Below, one piece after another: positions 8,685 to 16,971 of a stretch of DNA of 64,000 bases. The position numbers were made by a program, and so were the translations under genes. Below the pieces are notes generated by a model. That model ran no database searches. It saw nothing but the letters and a program-made list of their open reading frames with translations, and was not told the DNA's origin. The stretch comes from a virus. The stretch is taken from IMG/VR virus record IMGVR_UViG_3300031841_004047; one strand, 5' to 3'. Each line of letters begins with the position of its first letter. Within the stretch, counting starts at the first letter, position 1.

Positions 8685-9126
8685 TAGGTATACTAAATGG
8701 GATAGAAGATATCTGGATCTGGCATATACGGTTAGTAAATGGTCAAGAGATCCATCAACACAAATCGGCGCGGTCGCGATTGGATCCAAGGGTCAAGTTT
8801 TATCTCAAGGTTATAACGGCTTTCCTAGAGGAATAAAAGATACTCTAGATCGATATCATCATAGAGAAACTAAATATAAGCTTATTGTTCATGCTGAACA
8901 AAATTTAATATACAATGCTACATACAATGGTGTCTCATTGGATGGATCTACACTGTATGTAACGGGACTTCCGGTTTGTTCCGAATGTGCTAAAGGTGTT
9001 ATACAAGTCGGTATCAAAAGAGTTGTTATGCCACATATAGATGATATGAAATCTTGGAAAGAATCTTGGGAGTTGTCTGCTTCTATGTTCAGAGAAGCCG
9101 GAATATTATGGGATTTCATAATATAA
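8677..9126 (+). CDS. cd: dCMP deaminase
   Basis: SRDPSTQIGA, GYNG, HAEQN and PVCSECAK zinc motifs. Confidence 0.92.
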   Translation: MNSRYTKWDRRYLDLAYTVSKWSRDPSTQIGAVAIGSKGQVLSQGYNGFPRGIKDTLDRYHHRETKYKLIVHAEQNLIYNATYNGVSLDGSTLYVTGLPVCSECAKGVIQVGIKRVVMPHIDDMKSWKESWELSASMFREAGILWDFII

Positions 9127-9158
9127 AAATTTTAATTTTTTGATTGATCACTTTATAG

Positions 9159-9187
9159 TTTACATAACTATACTACTATGATATAAT
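9159..9187 (+). promoter_or_regulatory. sigma70-like promoter with extended -10
   Basis: TTTACA-17-TATAAT with TG at -15/-14. Confidence 0.8.
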
Positions 9188-9207
9188 AACAAAAAATAGG
9201 AAAAACA

Positions 9208-9702
9208 ATGAAAATAAAAAGCTTAATAGTCATGGGTCTTAATCCTTCTAAGAGTCCATCACGAAAAGGTTCTACTATCCCAAAGCTACACTCTTGGATG
9301 TATGACAGCCTAGAAGTAGACTCATTCTTTATGTCTAATGTTTCTCATGATCCAGACTGGGATTTTAAATATAGATCTATAGATAAAAATCATGTCATTG
9401 AAACTTTAAGAGATCATGATATCATAATAGCTTTAGGTAGCACGGTGTATAACTACTTAAAGAGGATGGGGTTTAAGAATATGTTTAAGCTTCCTCATCC
9501 ATCACCTAGGAATCGTCAGTTAAATGACAAATCTTTCGAAATAAAAATTTTAAATGAATGTAAAGAGTATTTGACTCAGGAAGGCTTCTATGAAAATAGC
9601 AATAGGCAAAGTGGGAAAATCAATAAAGTTTGGTCCGGAGTCGTTAAGCACCGGAAAAAAATCAATGACGGCGGGCTCGATAGATGCACGTGTAATCTTT
9701 GA
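9208..9702 (+). CDS. Uracil-DNA glycosylase superfamily protein
   Basis: MGLNPS (motif A-like), SNV, IIALG, LPHPSPRN (motif B); reading frame overlaps the next gene by 113 nt. Confidence 0.7.
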   Translation: MKIKSLIVMGLNPSKSPSRKGSTIPKLHSWMYDSLEVDSFFMSNVSHDPDWDFKYRSIDKNHVIETLRDHDIIIALGSTVYNYLKRMGFKNMFKLPHPSPRNRQLNDKSFEIKILNECKEYLTQEGFYENSNRQSGKINKVWSGVVKHRKKINDGGLDRCTCNL

Positions 9703-10828
9703 ACTTTTAATTAGGTTTAATCCACAACACACGTTTTATATAGTTGGTAGATCAAACTATTCTCGTCTTAAACCTGAGATAAGAGATAAGATCAACGTTC
9801 ATAACAACGTTGTTGATCTGTGGAGTGGTTTTAACGAGTGGTTTGATAATCAAGACGATAAAGATGAAATGACGGAGTCATGGAGGTACATGGATCACGT
9901 CATTGAATCCGGACATACATTTGACACGGGTATATTTATTGCAGGAGGAGTACTTGAGTACGCGGTTCAAGGAAAAACTCTAAAGAACGGCGAACCTATT
10001 AAAACTTTAAACGCAGCGACTAAGTATGCAGCTCCTATTCATCACTTCATAAATATTACGAAGCTACCATACGTGATGCTGGTCACTGATCCAAGATGCT
10101 ACCCGAAACCAACAAAAGATCTTATGGTACCACCTCGTAGAATATTGTCTCAGTACGATGAAGTTGTAGACGTCGAACATCGTGTAACTTATGAGGATGA
10201 CGATATGGTCATCGATAAAGTTAAATCCGTATACTCCGGTATAGAATCTCTATACGTAGTCGAAGAACAGTGGAACGAAAAAGAAACAAGTCTTGAAGAC
10301 TTCTTTGGTGATCCAGACCCAGCCCCTGAACGTGACATCAACATGGTACTATTCCTAAACGAAGGTAACCCTTCAAGATATGAAGACTTAAAGAAATATA
10401 TCTTAAATGACATAGAAGATGTTAACGTCTATGGAGTATGGAACGATAAAGCTTTACAAGATCCACGAATAGAGCAGATAGCGATGGCTGAGCTTACTCA
10501 TCTTTTCCCTAGGATTAGATACACGTTTTGTATACCAATCGCTCCCGGTTGGGCGACCGGAAAGTTTTGGGAGATGACTAAGTACGGAATCATTCCGTTT
10601 ATGCATCCGAGTTATGATGAAGGTAAAAACATTGGTTTTCCAGAGGAGCTAAGAGTTAAAGATTCAAAAGATTTGTTAGAAAAAATAAGTATGTACAACT
10701 CTGATAAATTATGTTATAATAATATACATGAAAGGCTTCAGAATATGGTCACTCCGGATCATAAATCTGGCAAGTTTATAAATGATATGGTTATGAAAAA
10801 TGTTATGGAGATAGTCAATGAAGATTGA
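9590..10828 (+). CDS. DNA glycosyltransferase, T4 beta-glucosyltransferase-like (GT-B)
   Basis: Ordered matches to T4 BGT: MKIAI, LVTDPR (FTDIR), ILSQ (VISQ), GIESLY (PIEQY), TGKFWE (TLRVWE), VKDSKDLLEKI (VNNRAELIDRV). Confidence 0.72.
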   Translation: MKIAIGKVGKSIKFGPESLSTGKKSMTAGSIDARVIFELLIRFNPQHTFYIVGRSNYSRLKPEIRDKINVHNNVVDLWSGFNEWFDNQDDKDEMTESWRYMDHVIESGHTFDTGIFIAGGVLEYAVQGKTLKNGEPIKTLNAATKYAAPIHHFINITKLPYVMLVTDPRCYPKPTKDLMVPPRRILSQYDEVVDVEHRVTYEDDDMVIDKVKSVYSGIESLYVVEEQWNEKETSLEDFFGDPDPAPERDINMVLFLNEGNPSRYEDLKKYILNDIEDVNVYGVWNDKALQDPRIEQIAMAELTHLFPRIRYTFCIPIAPGWATGKFWEMTKYGIIPFMHPSYDEGKNIGFPEELRVKDSKDLLEKISMYNSDKLCYNNIHERLQNMVTPDHKSGKFINDMVMKNVMEIVNED

Positions 10829-11150
10829 AAAAAGACATATTTCTGAGTTTACTGGTGGATGGTTTATTGGAAACTTTGAGCCATCGGTTCTTAAAAGCGA
10901 TGATTTCGAAGTATCAATTAAGCTGCATCCTAAGGGAGAAGTTTGGCCAAAGCATTATCACAAAGTGGCTACCGAGTATAACTATGTGATAGACGGCATA
11001 GTAGAAATAGATGGCATAAAATATGAAAAAGATGACATCTTCATTATTCATCCAAACTTTGTCGTAGATCCCAATTTTCTTGAAGACTGCAGAATAGTAT
11101 GTGTAAAAACACCATGCGTACCTGGAGATAAGTATGAGGTTGAAAGATAA
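10818..11150 (+). CDS. Small cupin protein
   Basis: GWFIGNFEPS, HYHKVATE cupin motif, KTP...DKY end; type seen in polysaccharide loci. Confidence 0.75.
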   Translation: MKIEKRHISEFTGGWFIGNFEPSVLKSDDFEVSIKLHPKGEVWPKHYHKVATEYNYVIDGIVEIDGIKYEKDDIFIIHPNFVVDPNFLEDCRIVCVKTPCVPGDKYEVER

Positions 11151-12215
11151 ATGAGAGTAATTATTCCAATGGCCGGACTGGGGTCAAGATTTACAAACAA
11201 GGGATATAAGACACACAAACCGTTAATCGAAGTTAACGGTAAAACTCTTATTAGATACGCAGTTGAGTCATTAAACATAAGTGCTCATTACGTATTCGTA
11301 TGTAGGGACTTAGGAGGTTCATACCTTGAAAACTTAGAATCAGAAATAAAAGACATTACTTACGGTCGATACGAAATAAAAGTAATAGATCATATGACGT
11401 CTGGAGCAGCAGAAACCGCTCTTTTAGGTTGTGATAGCGAGTATGACGGAGAATTAATTGTCACCAACTGTGATCAGTATTTAGACTGGGACTCTGAAGC
11501 TTTCCTTAAAGAATCAAGAAAATATGATGGTTCTGTACTAACTTACGACTCGACTGATCCTAAAAATTCTTTCGTAGAGTTCGCGAACAAAAAAGTAGTA
11601 AGAATGGTCGAGAAACAAGCTATATCAAACAATGCTTTAGTAGGAGTACACTACTGGAAAAAAGCATCGGATTTCATTAACTCTACTAAATCTTCTCTAG
11701 CTAACTTTACCTCAAAAGAATCTTATGTGTCTGAAACATATAACTACTTAATAGCTGATGGTAAAAAAATTGGAGCAATATCAATTATGGATGGTACTTA
11801 TTGGTCCACCGGAACTCCTGAAGATCTGGCATATTTCAAAGGGATGATATCCGAATATTATACCTCTAAAAATAATACATATTTTATTGATCTTGATGGT
11901 ACAATCTTTATGCATGCACATAGGTACTCCAACTTAAAAAATGATGTTCAGTTGTGTCCAGGTGTTCTTGAAACTTTAGATGAACTTGATTCGAGAGGTG
12001 ATACGATCATACTTGTTTCGGCAAGAAAAGAGTCTGCGAGATCAATGACTGAGAAATTACTTGATGATTTCATGATTCCTTATGATCAGCTTATACTTGG
12101 TGTATCTCAAGGATGTAGGATAGTCATAAACGATATTATCACGAAGTCATCTTTTCCAAGAGCAAGAGCCGTGAATGTAATCACGGACAAAGGATGGAAA
12201 GCAAACGATTTATGA
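11151..12215 (+). CDS. Sugar nucleotidyltransferase fused to a C-terminal HAD phosphatase-like domain
   Basis: IIPMAGLGSRF...KPLI, VTNCDQ, GTPEDL; C-terminal FIDLDGT. Confidence 0.82.
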   Translation: MRVIIPMAGLGSRFTNKGYKTHKPLIEVNGKTLIRYAVESLNISAHYVFVCRDLGGSYLENLESEIKDITYGRYEIKVIDHMTSGAAETALLGCDSEYDGELIVTNCDQYLDWDSEAFLKESRKYDGSVLTYDSTDPKNSFVEFANKKVVRMVEKQAISNNALVGVHYWKKASDFINSTKSSLANFTSKESYVSETYNYLIADGKKIGAISIMDGTYWSTGTPEDLAYFKGMISEYYTSKNNTYFIDLDGTIFMHAHRYSNLKNDVQLCPGVLETLDELDSRGDTIILVSARKESARSMTEKLLDDFMIPYDQLILGVSQGCRIVINDIITKSSFPRARAVNVITDKGWKANDL

Positions 12216-13402
12216 ATTATGCGAGTATAGTACCTTTAATCGGAGGAGAGACATTCGGTATGCAAGAAGTGTTTGGTCAAAAGCCAGACTACATCTTATC
12301 ATACTCGGATTTTGAAGCAAATGATAGACAACTTCTTAACTATTATAATAATAGTGTTCCTTATTATAAGCTTGATCAAGGTGGTTCTGCCCCTCACAGA
12401 GTGGATGTTATCAATACTGTATGCCCTTGTGCGGGTCTTTCTTCACTTAGTCCTACTAGCAGCGCTAGTAACACTACTAATGATTGGATGGTCAAGTCTG
12501 CCCAGTATATTCTAGAAGAAGTACAACCGACTGTCTTTTGGGGAGAAAATGCTCCTAGACTAGCCAGCAAGATGGGTGAGCCTATAGTAAATAAGCTAAG
12601 GAAGATCGGGAAAGATAATGGTTACACCATGACTCTTTATAAAACAAAATCTTTACTTCATGGCTTATCTCAAGTAAGAGACAGATGCTTTTACTTCTTT
12701 TGGAAAGGCAACCATGTTCCAGTTTTTGCATACTACAACAACTTATTAAGGGAGAGTATCGAAGATACTATAAGGTCATCATCTAGTAATCAAATAGACG
12801 AAATGTATGATATGCAGGCCAAGACTTCTAAGCCTTCAGATGATCCATACTATAAATATGTTTTAGAAGAGATTGAAGATGGTATAACACATCAAGATTT
12901 TTTTAAAAAAATTAAAAAAACTACCAATCCATTGGATTATATCGAGCAAAAAGGTATTAAATATAATACTGTAGCTAAGTGGATGAAGATGAAGGGATAT
13001 GACAAGTATGAAGTCAAATGTCAAAGAATGCATGAAAAGCTTGAGTCTGGTGGAAACATAATGAGAAAGGCTACTACAATCGCAAAGGATTATATCGGCG
13101 CTTTTGTAGGTAACATGGCAACTGACATTACACACCCTGATGTTGATAGGTACATAAACGTAAGAGAAGCTCTTGATATAATGAAGATGCCTAAAGATTT
13201 TCAGCTTCAAGGAGGAACAAAAAACATTAATATGATATGTCAAAACGTTCCGGTTACTACTGCTAGAGATATGGCTTTTAATGTATCAGCATACCTAGGA
13301 GGACATTTAACTACTCATAAATCTGATTTTGCTGTTCAGGATAATAAAACAACTAAGTTTTGGAGAGAGCCTGAACCCTCAACTCTTGAAGAGTTTTTGT
13401 AG
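12212..13402 (+). CDS. C5-cytosine methyltransferase-fold protein with atypical motif I
   Basis: CPCAGLS (IV), GENAP (VI), QVRDR (VIII), HP...REA...PKDF (IX), QNVP (X); motif I reads IVPLIGG instead of FxGxGG. Confidence 0.78.
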   Translation: MNYASIVPLIGGETFGMQEVFGQKPDYILSYSDFEANDRQLLNYYNNSVPYYKLDQGGSAPHRVDVINTVCPCAGLSSLSPTSSASNTTNDWMVKSAQYILEEVQPTVFWGENAPRLASKMGEPIVNKLRKIGKDNGYTMTLYKTKSLLHGLSQVRDRCFYFFWKGNHVPVFAYYNNLLRESIEDTIRSSSSNQIDEMYDMQAKTSKPSDDPYYKYVLEEIEDGITHQDFFKKIKKTTNPLDYIEQKGIKYNTVAKWMKMKGYDKYEVKCQRMHEKLESGGNIMRKATTIAKDYIGAFVGNMATDITHPDVDRYINVREALDIMKMPKDFQLQGGTKNINMICQNVPVTTARDMAFNVSAYLGGHLTTHKSDFAVQDNKTTKFWREPEPSTLEEFL

Positions 13403-13431
13403 TTTACAACATAATGAAAATAGTTTATAAT
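13403..13431 (+). promoter_or_regulatory. sigma70-like promoter
   Basis: TTTACA-17-TATAAT upstream of uvsX. Confidence 0.8.
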
Positions 13432-13460
13432 AATCAATATAGTATACAAAGGAGTATTGT

Positions 13461-14510
13461 ATGTCGATTATGGACAAGCTCAAAAAGAACTCAAAGCTAA
13501 GTCACACCGAAGTTCTTTCTGAGTCTAAATTCTTTACTGAAAAAGATATGGTACCAACTGACGTACCGATGATTAACGTTGCGTTATCTGGTTCAGTAGA
13601 TGGTGGCTTAGCACCTGGGCTAACAGTTCTTGCTGGCCCTTCAAAACATTTTAAAACATCATTTGCGTTACTAATGGCTGCAGCTTATATGAAGAAGTAT
13701 CCTGAAGCCGTTATGTTATTTTATGATTCCGAGTTTGGTTCACCTGAAGCTTACTTCGAACAATTTGAAGTTGATACATCACGAGTACTTCACACACCAA
13801 TCACAAACGTAGAAGAATTAAAGTTTGATCTCATCGGTCAGCTTGAAGAACTTGATCGTGAAGATAAAGTGGTTATAGTTATCGACTCAATCGGTAACTT
13901 AGCGTCTAAGAAAGAAATGGAAGACGCACTGAATGAAAAATCAGTTGCTGATATGTCAAGGGCTAAAGCACTGAAAGGGTTGTTTCGTATGTGTACACCC
14001 TATCTAGCCATGAAGAATATCCCTCTTCTTGCTGTTAACCATACTTATAAAGAAATAGGTTTGTTTCCTCGTGATGTTGTTGGCGGTGGTACAGGTATAT
14101 ACTACTCAGCTGATAACATTTGGATTCTAGGTCGTCAACAAGATAAGAAGGGTACAGAAATTCAAGGGTATCACTTCGTAATCAATGTGGAGAAATCACG
14201 ATATGTTAAAGAAAAGTCTAAGATTCCTATCACTGTTAGTTGGGACGGTGGTGTACGTAATTTTTCTGGTTTACTCGATGTTGCTCTTGCCGGTGGTTAT
14301 GTTACTAAACCTTCTAACGGTTGGTATGCTAGAACTGACAGACAAACTGGAGAGGTCGGTCCGAAAGTCAGACAAGAGCAGACTCTAGAAAAAGAATTTT
14401 GGGATCCGATCTTCGCGGAAACAGATTTCAAAGATTTTTTAAAGAAACAGTATTCTATAGGACACCAAGAACAAGTATCAATGGAATCCATTGTTGAGGA
14501 AGAAGTATGA
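13461..14510 (+). CDS. uvsX: RecA-like recombinase UvsX
   Basis: LAGPSKHFKT Walker A, FYDSEFG, IDSIGNLAS, NVEKSR. Confidence 0.97.
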   Translation: MSIMDKLKKNSKLSHTEVLSESKFFTEKDMVPTDVPMINVALSGSVDGGLAPGLTVLAGPSKHFKTSFALLMAAAYMKKYPEAVMLFYDSEFGSPEAYFEQFEVDTSRVLHTPITNVEELKFDLIGQLEELDREDKVVIVIDSIGNLASKKEMEDALNEKSVADMSRAKALKGLFRMCTPYLAMKNIPLLAVNHTYKEIGLFPRDVVGGGTGIYYSADNIWILGRQQDKKGTEIQGYHFVINVEKSRYVKEKSKIPITVSWDGGVRNFSGLLDVALAGGYVTKPSNGWYARTDRQTGEVGPKVRQEQTLEKEFWDPIFAETDFKDFLKKQYSIGHQEQVSMESIVEEEV

Positions 14511-14800
14511 TTGAGAATGAACATTATGAACTTATTCCATCCGACAATGAGAACTGGAACGTTAGAATTCTAAAAGGTATATACAATGAGACCGTCATAA
14601 CGTATGGATCCCTTAGAATACAGGATGATCCAATAAATGATGTAGGAATATTAAAGTTTGATTATGATATTGTCTCTACGCCGGATGAATCTCTAGACTC
14701 AAATGACGAAGACTTTAAAAATTTTTGTGGTGACATCCTCGTATCAATAATTGAAAGAGCTGTTGAAAAAGACCAGATAATTAAAAGAGAGGTTGAATGA
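14507..14800 (+). CDS. Hypothetical protein at the gp40 (head assembly chaperone) position
   Basis: Lies between uvsX and gp41 as T4 gene 40 does; sequence similarity not established. Confidence 0.4.
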   Translation: MIENEHYELIPSDNENWNVRILKGIYNETVITYGSLRIQDDPINDVGILKFDYDIVSTPDESLDSNDEDFKNFCGDILVSIIERAVEKDQIIKREVE

Positions 14801-16173
14801 ATACAAATATAGAACAAGTTGTTCTAAAAAACATTTTAACTAACGAAAAATATATGCGAAAGGTTTTGCCTTTCGTTAAACCAGATTACTTTGAGGGCAT
14901 TTATCGAACATTATTTACACAAGCTGGAAAATTTGTAGGAAAATATAATAAGCTTCCAACCGCGGAAGCCTTTAAGATTGACATTGATGAAGCCGATGTT
15001 TTCAATGAAGAACAGTATCGCCACGCAGTAGAAATAATTCCAAGTCTATTTGAAAGAGAAGAAGCCGACGATCAATGGTTAAGTGACGTTACCGAGAAGT
15101 GGTGTCAAGATCGTGCTCTTTACAATGCTGTTATGGAGTCAATTAACATCATTGACGGTAAGCATAAGACTCTTACAAAAAATGCTCTACCGGATATCTT
15201 ATCAAAAGCGCTCGGTGTTTCTTTTGATCGTAATATCGGTCATGACTACATCGAAAATTTTGAAGAACGGTGGGACTTCTATCACCGTGATGAAGAAAGA
15301 TTAGAGTTTGATCTTGACTACTTCAACAAGATTACAAAGGGTGGTCTACTAAATAAGACTCTAAACGTATGTCTTGCTGGTACCGGCGTTGGTAAGTCTT
15401 TATTTATGTGTCACTGTGCAGCCTCAAATCTCAATCGAGGTAAGAATGTTTTGTATCTTACGATGGAAATGGCGGAAGAAAGAATCGCTGAACGTATCGA
15501 TGCTAACTTACTTGATATACCCATTAATCAGCTTGAACATCTCAGTAAAGAAATGTTTGCGGAACGAGTTCATGGTCTATCTAAAAAGACAGAGGGTAAG
15601 TTAATCATTAAAGAGTATCCTACTGGCTCGGCTCACACCGGACACTTTCGTGCTTTGTTAAACGAGCTAAAGTTGAAAAGAACTTTTGAACCGGATATTA
15701 TATACATCGACTATCTCAATATTTGCGCATCAAGTAGAATGAAAGGAATGGGAGGTGCGATCAACTCATACAACTACATTAAAGCAATTGCTGAAGAGAT
15801 ACGAGGCCTTGCGGTGGAGTTTGACGTACCGATCGTATCTGCAACACAGACGACTCGTTCTGGTTATACTAACTCGGATATTGGGCTTGAAGATACGTCC
15901 GAGTCTTTTGGATTACCAGCAACCGCGGATCTCATGTTCGCCCTTATCTCGACAGAAGAGCTTGAAAGCATGGGACAACTTGCAGTCAAACAATTGAAGA
16001 ATAGATACAATGATCCAACATATAAGAAAAGATTTGTAATCGGTGTAGATAGGTCAAAGATGAGGCTGTTTGATGCTCATGAAGATCAACAAACACTCAT
16101 AGATGATACGCCAGTGTTTGACAAATCTGATCAGGGTATGGACGTGAAAAAATTTGTAGATTTTAAGCTATGA
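14797..16173 (+). CDS. gp41: Replicative DNA helicase
   Basis: LAGTGVGKS Walker A, IKEYPT, IDYLNI, ATQTTRSG, QLKNRY. Confidence 0.97.
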   Translation: MNTNIEQVVLKNILTNEKYMRKVLPFVKPDYFEGIYRTLFTQAGKFVGKYNKLPTAEAFKIDIDEADVFNEEQYRHAVEIIPSLFEREEADDQWLSDVTEKWCQDRALYNAVMESINIIDGKHKTLTKNALPDILSKALGVSFDRNIGHDYIENFEERWDFYHRDEERLEFDLDYFNKITKGGLLNKTLNVCLAGTGVGKSLFMCHCAASNLNRGKNVLYLTMEMAEERIAERIDANLLDIPINQLEHLSKEMFAERVHGLSKKTEGKLIIKEYPTGSAHTGHFRALLNELKLKRTFEPDIIYIDYLNICASSRMKGMGGAINSYNYIKAIAEEIRGLAVEFDVPIVSATQTTRSGYTNSDIGLEDTSESFGLPATADLMFALISTEELESMGQLAVKQLKNRYNDPTYKKRFVIGVDRSKMRLFDAHEDQQTLIDDTPVFDKSDQGMDVKKFVDFKL

Positions 16174-16430
16174 AGACATTAGATACACACCAACAGCTCT
16201 TTGTTATAACCGCTGAAGAATGTGGTGAGTTAACACAGGTCTGTTCAAAGATATTAAGAAATGCTGCCGTAGATGATAAATGGAATAAAAAACTTTTAGA
16301 AGAAGTAGGCGATATCTACTGCATGATCGATTTAATTGTACAGCATGGATATTTAAACTGGGAAGATATTACTAAAAGAAGTAATGTAAAGAAACAAAAG
16401 TTGCTAAAGTGGAGCAACCTTATAACATAG
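16170..16430 (+). CDS. MazG-like nucleotide pyrophosphohydrolase
   Basis: AEECGEL...LLEEVGD motif. Confidence 0.75.
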   Translation: MKTLDTHQQLFVITAEECGELTQVCSKILRNAAVDDKWNKKLLEEVGDIYCMIDLIVQHGYLNWEDITKRSNVKKQKLLKWSNLIT

Positions 16431-16441
16431 AAAGGTTAATT

Positions 16442-16723
16442 ATGGGTAAGACTAAAGGTGGAAAATCTAGTGGAAACGTTTCTCAAGGTATCCACGCAAA
16501 CACTTCTACTAATACTAAAAGACTTATGAAGAAAGGATATAAGTCTTCAATTATGAGAGTATTAAATCAACAGAAAGCACTGTCGCAGGGTAAAGATATA
16601 GTACTTACTATTAAAAACCCAAAAACAGATGAAACCAATAAACCCTTTATTAGACAAAGGATCTCCGGCAAGAATTACCTTAATAGTTTAAAGAACGGTT
16701 ACGTAATGAAAGATGCGCAATGA
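16442..16723 (+). CDS. Basic hypothetical protein
   Basis: ORF with AAGG RBS. Confidence 0.65.
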   Translation: MGKTKGGKSSGNVSQGIHANTSTNTKRLMKKGYKSSIMRVLNQQKALSQGKDIVLTIKNPKTDETNKPFIRQRISGKNYLNSLKNGYVMKDAQ

Positions 16724-16971
16724 ATTGGGAAGAGTTTGAAGAAGAGTCTTTTAAGTCAGTATACGAGTCATATTTAAGAATAACAATTGGGCTGATTGAA
16801 AGTGATCATGATCCATTAATGTTAGCAGCAGTATTATCGACTATAGGGTTAAGCATATATAGAACTATGCTGAACGAAACAGATTATGACTTAATGATTG
16901 ATGCTATCGGCAGTTTTAAAGATCAAATAAAAACATTTGAAAATTCTAGCCCAAAAGGACATCTGCATTGA
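16720..16971 (+). CDS. Hypothetical protein
   Basis: ORF with ATGA overlap. Confidence 0.65.
   Translation: MNWEEFEEESFKSVYESYLRITIGLIESDHDPLMLAAVLSTIGLSIYRTMLNETDYDLMIDAIGSFKDQIKTFENSSPKGHLH

Noticed and set aside
9590-9702. 113-nt overlap between the UDG-like and GT genes as a regulatory device
   Set aside because: The UDG-fold similarity ends before the overlap; the tail looks like incidental read-through
13461-16173. Introns or inteins in uvsX or gp41
   Set aside because: Both are of normal length with continuous motifs
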